Shown one piece after another: positions 57,025 through 64,000 of a stretch of DNA of 64,000 nt. Origin of the DNA: an uncultured Gammaproteobacteria bacterium (GTDB lineage Bacteria > Patescibacteriota > Patescibacteriia > Veblenbacterales > UBA10138); the NCBI GenBank assembly GCA_964453605.1, contig CAYVOI010000001.1, positions 420,095 through 484,094 on the forward strand, in the 5' to 3' direction. The first letter of the stretch is position 1. The number at the start of each line of letters is the position of its first letter. The notes beneath the pieces were generated by a model that saw only the letters and a program-made list of their open reading frames with translations, was not told where the DNA came from and did not search any database. Position numbers and translations under genes: made by a program.

Positions 57025-58110
57025 ATGAGAGTAGTACTTGACGCTCGACTCTACGGTTTGCACCACCGCGGGTTGGGGCGATACTTGGTGGAACTGGTAG
57101 CGGCGCTCCAGAGTGATACCACCACAGAGTACGTGCTCCTCGTAGACCCTCAGGCTAAGTTACCGGTGCTGCCACCTAATTTCCGTACTGTACCTGCACC
57201 GTGGCGCGTCTACAGCCTCGGCGAACAGATGTATCTGCCACGCCTCATTCGCAGGCTTACGCCAGACTTGGTTCATTTTCCTCACTTTGCTGGACCACTT
57301 TTTAGGCCCAGGCCCTACGTTATCACTATCCATGATCTTATTCTGCACCACCACCCTACCGAGCGCGCTACCACCTTGCCGAAGTTTTTCTACTGGGGGA
57401 AACTGTTGGGTTATCACCTGGTGGTACGCGTAGCACTCAGACGTGCATCCCGTGTTATGGTGGTTAGCCAAACCACCGCACAAGACTTGACAAGCTTCTA
57501 CCCTTGGGTGCGGTCGAAGCTCTTGGTGGTCCCCTTAGCTCCCGCAACCAAGGTCGTAGGCGTACCACTAGAGCTGCCGAAACAATACCTGCTCACTGTT
57601 GGAGCGGCGTACCCTCACAAGAACCTAGAGCTGGTGCTTCGGGCACTGCTGGAACTTCATCACATACAACCTGAGCTCAAACTTTTGGTAGTTGGTAGGA
57701 GAGATGTGTTCATGGAGCGACTACAACAGAGGGCACAGAACTTAGGCCTAGCTGAGAAGGTAGTGTTCTGGGGAGAGGCGAGCGAGGCCGAGTTGGCTAC
57801 GTTATATAAGCAAGCGACAGCTTACCTATTTCCATCATTCACAGAGGGATTTGGTTTGGGACCGCTAGAGGCACTGCAGTACGGCGCACCAGTGGTGGCA
57901 TCTGATATTCCAGTCCTGCATGAAGTTTTAGGTGCCGCTGCTGTGTTTATCGATCCGACCGACTCGAGCTCGTGTGCGCAGGGCATTGTGCGAGTGTTTG
58001 ATCCTAAAGTCAGGGAGGCGCTGCAGCAAGCGGCTAAACCAGTACTGGCGAGGCTGTCGTGGGGAGAGGTGGCACGCCAGACTAGGGACGTGTACATGTC
58101 AGTACGTTGA
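57025..58110 (+). CDS. Glycosyltransferase family 4
   Basis: EGFGLGPLEALQYGAPVVAS. Confidence 0.8.
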   Translation: MRVVLDARLYGLHHRGLGRYLVELVAALQSDTTTEYVLLVDPQAKLPVLPPNFRTVPAPWRVYSLGEQMYLPRLIRRLTPDLVHFPHFAGPLFRPRPYVITIHDLILHHHPTERATTLPKFFYWGKLLGYHLVVRVALRRASRVMVVSQTTAQDLTSFYPWVRSKLLVVPLAPATKVVGVPLELPKQYLLTVGAAYPHKNLELVLRALLELHHIQPELKLLVVGRRDVFMERLQQRAQNLGLAEKVVFWGEASEAELATLYKQATAYLFPSFTEGFGLGPLEALQYGAPVVASDIPVLHEVLGAAAVFIDPTDSSSCAQGIVRVFDPKVREALQQAAKPVLARLSWGEVARQTRDVYMSVR

Positions 58111-60653
58111 GTAGCCGCGTTTTTTCAGGTAGACTACGTATAGGTATGCGAAAGAAACCAACACCGAAGAGCAACGGTACAGGCAGGCAGCAAGGTGCGC
58201 TGCCGGCTTGGTGGTCGTTCGACGTGCAGCAAGGTTCACTGAAAGCAGATCCACAGGGTCGGGCGCGTCTTTCGCACCATGTTTTAAACCTGCGACCAAA
58301 TCTTGTACCGCCGAGGCCAGTGGAGGTAGCCATGCCACTCCAGGTTCATCGTACAGCTAACCTCCCGAGCCTTAACTTCCTCACCTATCTCACACCGAGC
58401 TACCAAGCGTCACGCCACCTCCGGGGTGCATTCTTAGAACACTACCCGGTGGTGCGGCTACTGTCAGTTTTTACCGTACTAGAGGTGCTGTGGCTCCTAC
58501 TTGCCCTGGTGTGGAACAGCACCGTCTACCTCTACCTTAGGCTTTTCAGTGAGGTAGGTGCTGTGGGGCAGGAGGTCTGGGTTGACCTCAAGAGCTTTGG
58601 CGGGGTAGTGCTGGTTGTGTTCGCCGCGCCCTTCCGCCTGCTACTACCAGAACGAGTAGCTGTCACCGTAGTGCGGCATGAGTTCCGCTGGCCTGCCGTA
58701 AGCCAGCTGGCGTTTTTTGTGGTGATGGCACTTGTCATTACGCTGCCGCTTAAGGGTATTGCTACCTGGGCTACCGTTAGTGCTCGTGAGGGCACGGTGC
58801 TTGAACTAGCTACCAAAGCCGTGGGTAACTTACGGGCTGGTGGCCAGCAACTTGAGAGTGGTAACGCTACCTTAGCTGAGCTCGATTTCAAGCGCGCCAG
58901 CGAAACGTTTAACCAAGCGCTTGGCACGTTAGGTACGCTGCCCAACCAAGCACTTACTATTTTAAACAGCCTGCCCGGCACACCACAGCGCCTGGTAGCC
59001 GCTAACCACTTGCTGGCCGCGAGCCAAGCCATTGCCCAGGCAGCCGCCACCGCTGCTCACACCTGGAGTGAGCTTTCGGCTAAGCGGGCGGTAACTGATT
59101 TTGGTACCCAGGTGGCTTTGTTCCAAGCAGGTTTCAGTGAGCTGAAGCCGCAGCTTGATCAGGCAATTGCAGAGCTTAGTCAGGTGGAACCCGGTTCCTT
59201 ACCCCCGAACCTAGGTGGGGCGGTAGCAAGTTTACAGAACGAGCTTAACCATGTTGAAGCACTAATCTCCCAAGCCTTCAGTTTGCCAGGGTTTCTTCAA
59301 CAAGCTCTGGCCTCAACTACGCCTAAGCGATATGTGGTCCTATTCCAGAACTCAAGTGAGCTGAGGCCAACCGGTGGGTTTTTAGGCAGCTTAGCCCTAG
59401 TGGAGCTGCAGAATGGTGTAGTGAAGCAGGTACAAATTCCTGGTGGAGGGCCGTACGACTTCCAAGGCTCCCTGAAGCAGGTTATCCGTCCACCTGAACC
59501 GCTCCGTCTGGTGCGTGGTACCTGGCAGCTGCAAGATGCGAATTGGTTCTACGATTTTCCAACGAGCGCCCAGAAAGTCCTGTGGTTTCTCAAAGCTTCG
59601 GGTGGGCCCGATGCTCAAGGTGTGGTTGCACTCACGCCCGATGTGGTGTTGAAGCTGTTGGAACTTACCGGGCCAATTGATCTGCCACAGTACCATAAGA
59701 CGCTCACCGCCGAGAATTTTATGCGCGAAACGCAGCTCGCGGTAGAGGTAGAGTACGACCGCACATCTAACCGGCCTAAGCAGTTTATAGCTGACCTGGC
59801 GCCAGTTCTACTCCAGCGGATCATCAACCTAAAGCCAGAGGCACGGCTCGGGCTCTTGTCGGTGGTAGAGGAGGCTATACGTCAGCGCAGCTTGCAGGTG
59901 TACTTTACAGAACCGGAATTAGAGGCCAATGCGCGTTCCTACGGTTGGGCCGGTGAGGTAAAACAGGCGCCTCTCGACTACCTGGCGGTCGTCCGTACGA
60001 ACATTGGTGGTGGTAAAACTGACGCGGTGACTGACGAGGTCGTGCGCCAAGAAGTTGAGATTCAGCCATCAGGTGAACTCATTAGCCAGCTCACCTTAAC
60101 GCGCACACACAGTGGTAGTAAGGCCGACCTGTTTGAGCAGCGCCGGAACACGGATTTTATTCGGTTCTATGTGCCGGCAGGCTCAACCCTCCTCAGTGCT
60201 GATGGTTTTACACCGCCCCCACCTGAGAACGTACTCCCGGTGTCGCAGGCTGCCCAGCTTGACTCTGACTTGCTGGCGGTTGAACAAGAGCCAAGCACCG
60301 ACGCAGCTTCAGGCCTTAGGGTAACGAATGAATTCGGTAAGGCAGTTTTTGGTGGTTGGCTGGCCGTGGCGCCAGGTGAAACGCGCACTATCCACCTTTC
60401 GTACCAGCTGCCCTTTAGCCTGAAGTCCGAGTCGAGCCTGCAGGACCTCCGGCGCTACAGTGTCTACTTCCAACGGCAGGCTGGCGTAAAGCCAGTGGAT
60501 TTTACCTCCACACTCAAACTACCAACAGGTTGGCGCGTGCGATGGCAAGAGAGCTCGAGTGAACTTACACCTGTAGAGCAAGGCCTTGAGTTTAAGGCCG
60601 ATTGGATGCAAGATGAGTACTACGGCGTAGTGCTCGAGCGTACGGCGCGCTAG
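58107..60653 (+). CDS. Large membrane-anchored hypothetical protein of the glycan cluster (possibly a DUF4012-like family member)
   Basis: N-terminal TM segments plus a ~650-aa extracytoplasmic domain; co-located with the glycosyltransferases. Confidence 0.55.
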   Translation: MSSRVFSGRLRIGMRKKPTPKSNGTGRQQGALPAWWSFDVQQGSLKADPQGRARLSHHVLNLRPNLVPPRPVEVAMPLQVHRTANLPSLNFLTYLTPSYQASRHLRGAFLEHYPVVRLLSVFTVLEVLWLLLALVWNSTVYLYLRLFSEVGAVGQEVWVDLKSFGGVVLVVFAAPFRLLLPERVAVTVVRHEFRWPAVSQLAFFVVMALVITLPLKGIATWATVSAREGTVLELATKAVGNLRAGGQQLESGNATLAELDFKRASETFNQALGTLGTLPNQALTILNSLPGTPQRLVAANHLLAASQAIAQAAATAAHTWSELSAKRAVTDFGTQVALFQAGFSELKPQLDQAIAELSQVEPGSLPPNLGGAVASLQNELNHVEALISQAFSLPGFLQQALASTTPKRYVVLFQNSSELRPTGGFLGSLALVELQNGVVKQVQIPGGGPYDFQGSLKQVIRPPEPLRLVRGTWQLQDANWFYDFPTSAQKVLWFLKASGGPDAQGVVALTPDVVLKLLELTGPIDLPQYHKTLTAENFMRETQLAVEVEYDRTSNRPKQFIADLAPVLLQRIINLKPEARLGLLSVVEEAIRQRSLQVYFTEPELEANARSYGWAGEVKQAPLDYLAVVRTNIGGGKTDAVTDEVVRQEVEIQPSGELISQLTLTRTHSGSKADLFEQRRNTDFIRFYVPAGSTLLSADGFTPPPPENVLPVSQAAQLDSDLLAVEQEPSTDAASGLRVTNEFGKAVFGGWLAVAPGETRTIHLSYQLPFSLKSESSLQDLRRYSVYFQRQAGVKPVDFTSTLKLPTGWRVRWQESSSELTPVEQGLEFKADWMQDEYYGVVLERTAR

Positions 60654-60656
60654 GTC

Positions 60657-60685
60657 TTGACAAAATCGTCGAAGTGTACTATCAT
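60657..60685 (+). promoter_or_regulatory. Sigma70-type promoter in the DUF4012-murJ intergenic region
   Basis: TTGACA, 17-bp spacer, TATCAT. Confidence 0.45.
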
Positions 60686-60860
60686 ACCTAGGTTAAGAAT
60701 TGAGCTTTTTGTAAGGCCCCCGCGGGTTGGGGGAGTTAGAGAATGACGTAGGGATCCGCACGTCACCGCCTCAATTAGGGTGGAGTACGTGCCCTCTCTC
60801 TGCTTGGATACCATCATTTTGGTCCCTTCAAGCCTTCTCGCCTCCAGCCCCTGGGGGCTT

Positions 60861-60888
60861 TTGAATTTCTTGCATTTTCAAGTATACT
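60861..60888 (+). promoter_or_regulatory. Candidate murJ promoter
   Basis: TTGAAT, 16-bp spacer, TATACT, 8 nt before the ATG region. Confidence 0.4.
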
Positions 60889-60895
60889 GAGGCCT

Positions 60896-62485
60896 ATGCT
60901 AGGTACGGGGCGCTTGAACACTAAACTTACCGGCGGTGCACTGGTCATCGCCTTTTTTTCTGTAGCCTCCAGGCTCCTGGGGGTGGTCAGGGACCGCGTG
61001 TTGGCCTCACACTTTGGAGCCGGTACCGTGCTCGATAGCTACTATGCCGCTTTTAAAATTCCTGACTTCATTTTCACCATTCTGGTGTTAGGCGCGTTTG
61101 GCTCGGCCTTTATTCCCGTGTACATTCAACTGAGGGAGCGAGCTGGAGAGGCTAAGGGGGTCGAACTCGCGCAGACCATGTTCAACATGCTGGTGGGCGC
61201 GCTCACCGTCTGCGCTGTTTTGGGAGCCGTGTTTGCCCCACAGCTCATGCCGCTTATAGCGCCAGGGTTTGACGTCGCGCGCCTCAGTCTGGCGATAGAC
61301 CTGTCGCGGCTGATGCTCATAGCCATTATCTTTTTTGGTGCCTCTAACCTTATTGGGTCAGTGCTCCAGGCACACCAGAGTTTTGTGGCGTACTCAGCTG
61401 CGCCGATTGTCTACAATCTTGGCATCATCGCAGGGCTGTACCTGTTGGTACCCGCCTTGGGCCCCGTAGGGTTGGCGTGGGGTGTGGTGCTAGGTAGCGC
61501 TCTGCACCTCGGGGTCCAGGTACCATCGGCAGTGAAGTTCGGGTGGCGGTGGCGGTGGCGCTTCAGCTGGCGTGACTCGGCCGTCCGAGAGGTGGTGCGG
61601 CTCATTGGCCCCCGGACCATTGGCGTAGCAGCCAGCTCTTTAGAACAGCTTATTACCGCCGTCTTTCTTTCTAGCTTAAGCGTTGGTAGTGTGGCCGCAT
61701 TCAACCTGGCTTCCAACTTACAAAGTTTCCCCATCAACGTGTTTGGTGTTTCGCTGGCTATTGCCGCTTTTCCTATTTTCAGCCAAGCGTTTAGCGCTAA
61801 CGACCACACTAGCTTTATACAACACTTTAAGGATAGTACACGCCTGATTCTGTTCTACGTCGTGCCACTCTCTATTCTGTTCTTGGTGCTTCGGGCACAG
61901 ATGGTGCGTGTGGTTTTAGGCAGTGGTGCGTTTAGCTGGGACGATACTATTCGTACCGCTGAGGTGTTAGGGTTTTTAGCTATGGCCATGGTCTCTGACA
62001 GCCTGGTACCGTTGGTGGCGCGGGTCTTTTACGCACTTGGTGATACTAAAACACCTGCCTGGACCGCCGTTGGCACAGTGGCTGTAAACCTCGTGCTCTT
62101 GCTGGTCCTTAAGACTTACGGTTTGGCAGGCATTGGCTTTGCTTACGTGCTATCACGTGCGTTTAGCTTGAGCCTGCTCGTGCTCTTCTTGGGTAAGCGC
62201 TTGGGGCAACTAGGTGGCGAGTATATACTACAAGGTGCAACCCGCATGACCTTGGCGGGTGTGGCGGCGGGTGGTGTAGCGTACGGTGCCCTCCACGTAC
62301 TCGCACCCTTGGTTGATATGCATACGTTTGTAGGCATATTTATCCAAGGCGTGGGGGCGGGCGCACTGGGCGCTCTGAGCTACGTGCTGCTCGCTATGCT
62401 CTGGCACTTGCCAGAGGTTCAATTTGTGGAGCGCTGGTTAGGTTCAGCTTGGCGCATAACGAAACGACTATGGACTCCGGCTTAA
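60896..62485 (+). CDS. murJ: Lipid II flippase MurJ
   Basis: MviN/MurJ N-terminus (...ASRLLGVVRDRVLASHFGAG...YYAAFKIPDF); 14 TM helices. Confidence 0.85.
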   Translation: MLGTGRLNTKLTGGALVIAFFSVASRLLGVVRDRVLASHFGAGTVLDSYYAAFKIPDFIFTILVLGAFGSAFIPVYIQLRERAGEAKGVELAQTMFNMLVGALTVCAVLGAVFAPQLMPLIAPGFDVARLSLAIDLSRLMLIAIIFFGASNLIGSVLQAHQSFVAYSAAPIVYNLGIIAGLYLLVPALGPVGLAWGVVLGSALHLGVQVPSAVKFGWRWRWRFSWRDSAVREVVRLIGPRTIGVAASSLEQLITAVFLSSLSVGSVAAFNLASNLQSFPINVFGVSLAIAAFPIFSQAFSANDHTSFIQHFKDSTRLILFYVVPLSILFLVLRAQMVRVVLGSGAFSWDDTIRTAEVLGFLAMAMVSDSLVPLVARVFYALGDTKTPAWTAVGTVAVNLVLLLVLKTYGLAGIGFAYVLSRAFSLSLLVLFLGKRLGQLGGEYILQGATRMTLAGVAAGGVAYGALHVLAPLVDMHTFVGIFIQGVGAGALGALSYVLLAMLWHLPEVQFVERWLGSAWRITKRLWTPA

Positions 62486-62517
62486 TTCGTAATTTTTGCA
62501 TCATAGCTCACATCGAC
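62470..62517 (+). repeat. Orphan, synonymously recoded copy of the first 16 codons of lepA, overlapping the murJ stop
   Basis: atggactccggcttaattcgtaatttttgcatcatagctcacatcgac (MDSGLIRNFCIIAHID) against the real start atggaaccgtcacacattcgtaatttctgtattatcgctcatattgat (MEPSHIRNFCIIAHID) 103 bp downstream. Confidence 0.85.
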
Positions 62518-62572
62518 CCCGCAGGAGAACGCTGTGCGTTCCCTACGGGGCAAGCCACGACTACCGCACACT

Positions 62573-64000
62573 ATGGAACCGTCACACATTCGTAATTTCT
62601 GTATTATCGCTCATATTGATCATGGAAAGTCGACCTTGGCCGATAGGTTCCTGGAGGTTACAGGTACCGTAGCGAAGCGCGATATGCGCGCGCAGCTCCT
62701 TGACCAAATGGATTTGGAACGTGAGCGGGGCATAACCATTAAGCTGCAGCCGGTCGCCATGCACTGGCGCGGGCACTTGCTCAACCTCATCGACACCCCG
62801 GGGCACGTCGACTTTACCTACGAGGTGTCGCGTTCTCTGGCCTGCGTGGAGGGCGCCATACTCTTAGTAGACGCCACCCAGGGTATACAGGCACAGACCA
62901 TAGCTAACTTTGAGCTGGCACGTGAGCAGAAGCTCAAAGTTATTCCGGCGGTGAATAAAATAGATATGCCCGCCGCCAATGTGGAGAGCGTAGTGGCAGA
63001 ACTCTGTCAGTTAGTAGGTTGCACGCCTTCAGACGTGTTGAAAGTTTCAGCCAAAGATGGCACAGGGGTAGAAACGTTGCTCCAAGCTGTCTTGGACCGA
63101 GTACCGCCACCAAAAGCTAGTGCGCCTGCAGCTACTACCAGGGCACTCATTTTTGACTCAGCCTACGACGATTTTCGCGGCGTGGTGGCGGCGGTGAGGG
63201 TGGTAGATGGTACCTTAGGTAAGGGTGGTCAGTACCGACTCTTAGGTAGTGGTGCGACTGGGGAACTTTTAGAAGTTGGGACCTACACGCCAAAACTTAA
63301 GCCAACTGATGCTTTGGGACCTGGTGAAATTGGTTATGTGGTCACTGGTCTTAAAGACATCCGCCAAGCCAGAGTTGGTGACACCATAGTCACTGGTGCA
63401 GGCACACCCGAGCCGTTGCCTGGCTACCGCGAGGTAAAACCCATGGTGTTCGCTGGGTTTTACCCAGGGGTGGGGGAGAGTGCAGATAAGCTCAGGGATT
63501 CGTTGGGAAAGCTTAAGCTTAGCGATGCCAGTTTAAACTTTGAGGGTGAACATTCGCAAGCACTAGGGTTTGGTTTTCGGTGTGGGTTTTTAGGGTTACT
63601 CCACCTTGATATTGCCCGTGAACGTTTGAAACGCGAGTACAACCTCAAGGTCACCATAACCACGCCCTCGGTCGCGTACGAAGCTGATCTCAAAACCGGT
63701 GAGCAGCTTAGTGTTCATGGACCCTTGGAGCTGCCGACGCCAGACCGCATTCTCGAGATTCGCGAGCCGGTGGTTAAAGTTGATATTGTTACACCCATGG
63801 ATTACCTCGGGAACCTGATGGCAATGGTTCAAGAGTTCAGGGGTACCTACCGCACCACCGATTACCTGGGTGAGGGCGAGCACAACACGCGAGCAGTTTT
63901 ACGCTACGAGTTACCTTTGAATGCCATACTGGTCGATTTTTACGACCAGGTGAAGAGCGTTAGCGCAGGGTATGCCTCGCTGAACTACGAATTTCTAGCC
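62573..64000 (+). CDS. lepA: Elongation factor 4 (LepA), 3' end truncated by the window edge
   Basis: G1-G4 GTPase motifs (AHIDHGKST, DTPGH, NKID); the frame is open to the window end. Confidence 0.9.
   Translation, partial: MEPSHIRNFCIIAHIDHGKSTLADRFLEVTGTVAKRDMRAQLLDQMDLERERGITIKLQPVAMHWRGHLLNLIDTPGHVDFTYEVSRSLACVEGAILLVDATQGIQAQTIANFELAREQKLKVIPAVNKIDMPAANVESVVAELCQLVGCTPSDVLKVSAKDGTGVETLLQAVLDRVPPPKASAPAATTRALIFDSAYDDFRGVVAAVRVVDGTLGKGGQYRLLGSGATGELLEVGTYTPKLKPTDALGPGEIGYVVTGLKDIRQARVGDTIVTGAGTPEPLPGYREVKPMVFAGFYPGVGESADKLRDSLGKLKLSDASLNFEGEHSQALGFGFRCGFLGLLHLDIARERLKREYNLKVTITTPSVAYEADLKTGEQLSVHGPLELPTPDRILEIREPVVKVDIVTPMDYLGNLMAMVQEFRGTYRTTDYLGEGEHNTRAVLRYELPLNAILVDFYDQVKSVSAGYASLNYEFLA

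Noticed and set aside
1-64000. CRISPR arrays, rRNA genes, transposases or IS elements
   Set aside because: No regularly spaced short repeats, no rRNA-like conserved blocks and no DDE or HUH transposase motifs were seen. The only mobility gene is the serine recombinase.

Overview
GC-rich (~58%) bacterial chromosomal segment, gene-dense and mostly housekeeping; taxon cannot be assigned from sequence alone, but gene content suggests a small-genome anaerobic fermenter. Recognised core genes, left to right: class-B PBP (5' partial), murF, tRNA-Glu, tgt-queA-acyP, an AbrB-like regulator with a MacA/MacB-type efflux operon, a CIRCE-controlled heat-shock operon (hrcA-grpE-Zn ribbon-hsp20-dnaK-DUF3467-dnaJ), plsY, dus, cysS, Rrf2-SOD-sufCBDSU, a PfkB kinase, NUDIX, pduL-ackA, a LOG-family protein, korA/korB, recJ, rnhA, RNase P RNA (minus strand, invisible to the ORF track), a glycan cluster (sugar transferase, three GT4 enzymes, a large membrane protein), murJ, and lepA (3' partial). 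Accessory content comprises four items. First, a ~6.5 kb lower-GC island next to tRNA-Glu carries a large serine recombinase whose 3' end overlaps the tRNA, an excisionase-like HTH protein, a PD-(D/E)xK-like protein, an operon of a double winged-helix protein with a PLD/HKD-variant protein, and several unknowns. Second, a ~1.65 kb AT-rich cassette encoding two membrane proteins sits between korA and korB and is bounded by a 51-bp direct repeat of the korB start. Third, a single AT-rich gene is inserted between dnaK and dnaJ. Fourth, two further short gene-end duplications (hsp20 3' end, lepA 5' end) differ from their partners only at synonymous wobble positions; together with the near-identical korB repeat this looks like a recurrent insertion scar. 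No CRISPR array, rRNA or transposase was seen.
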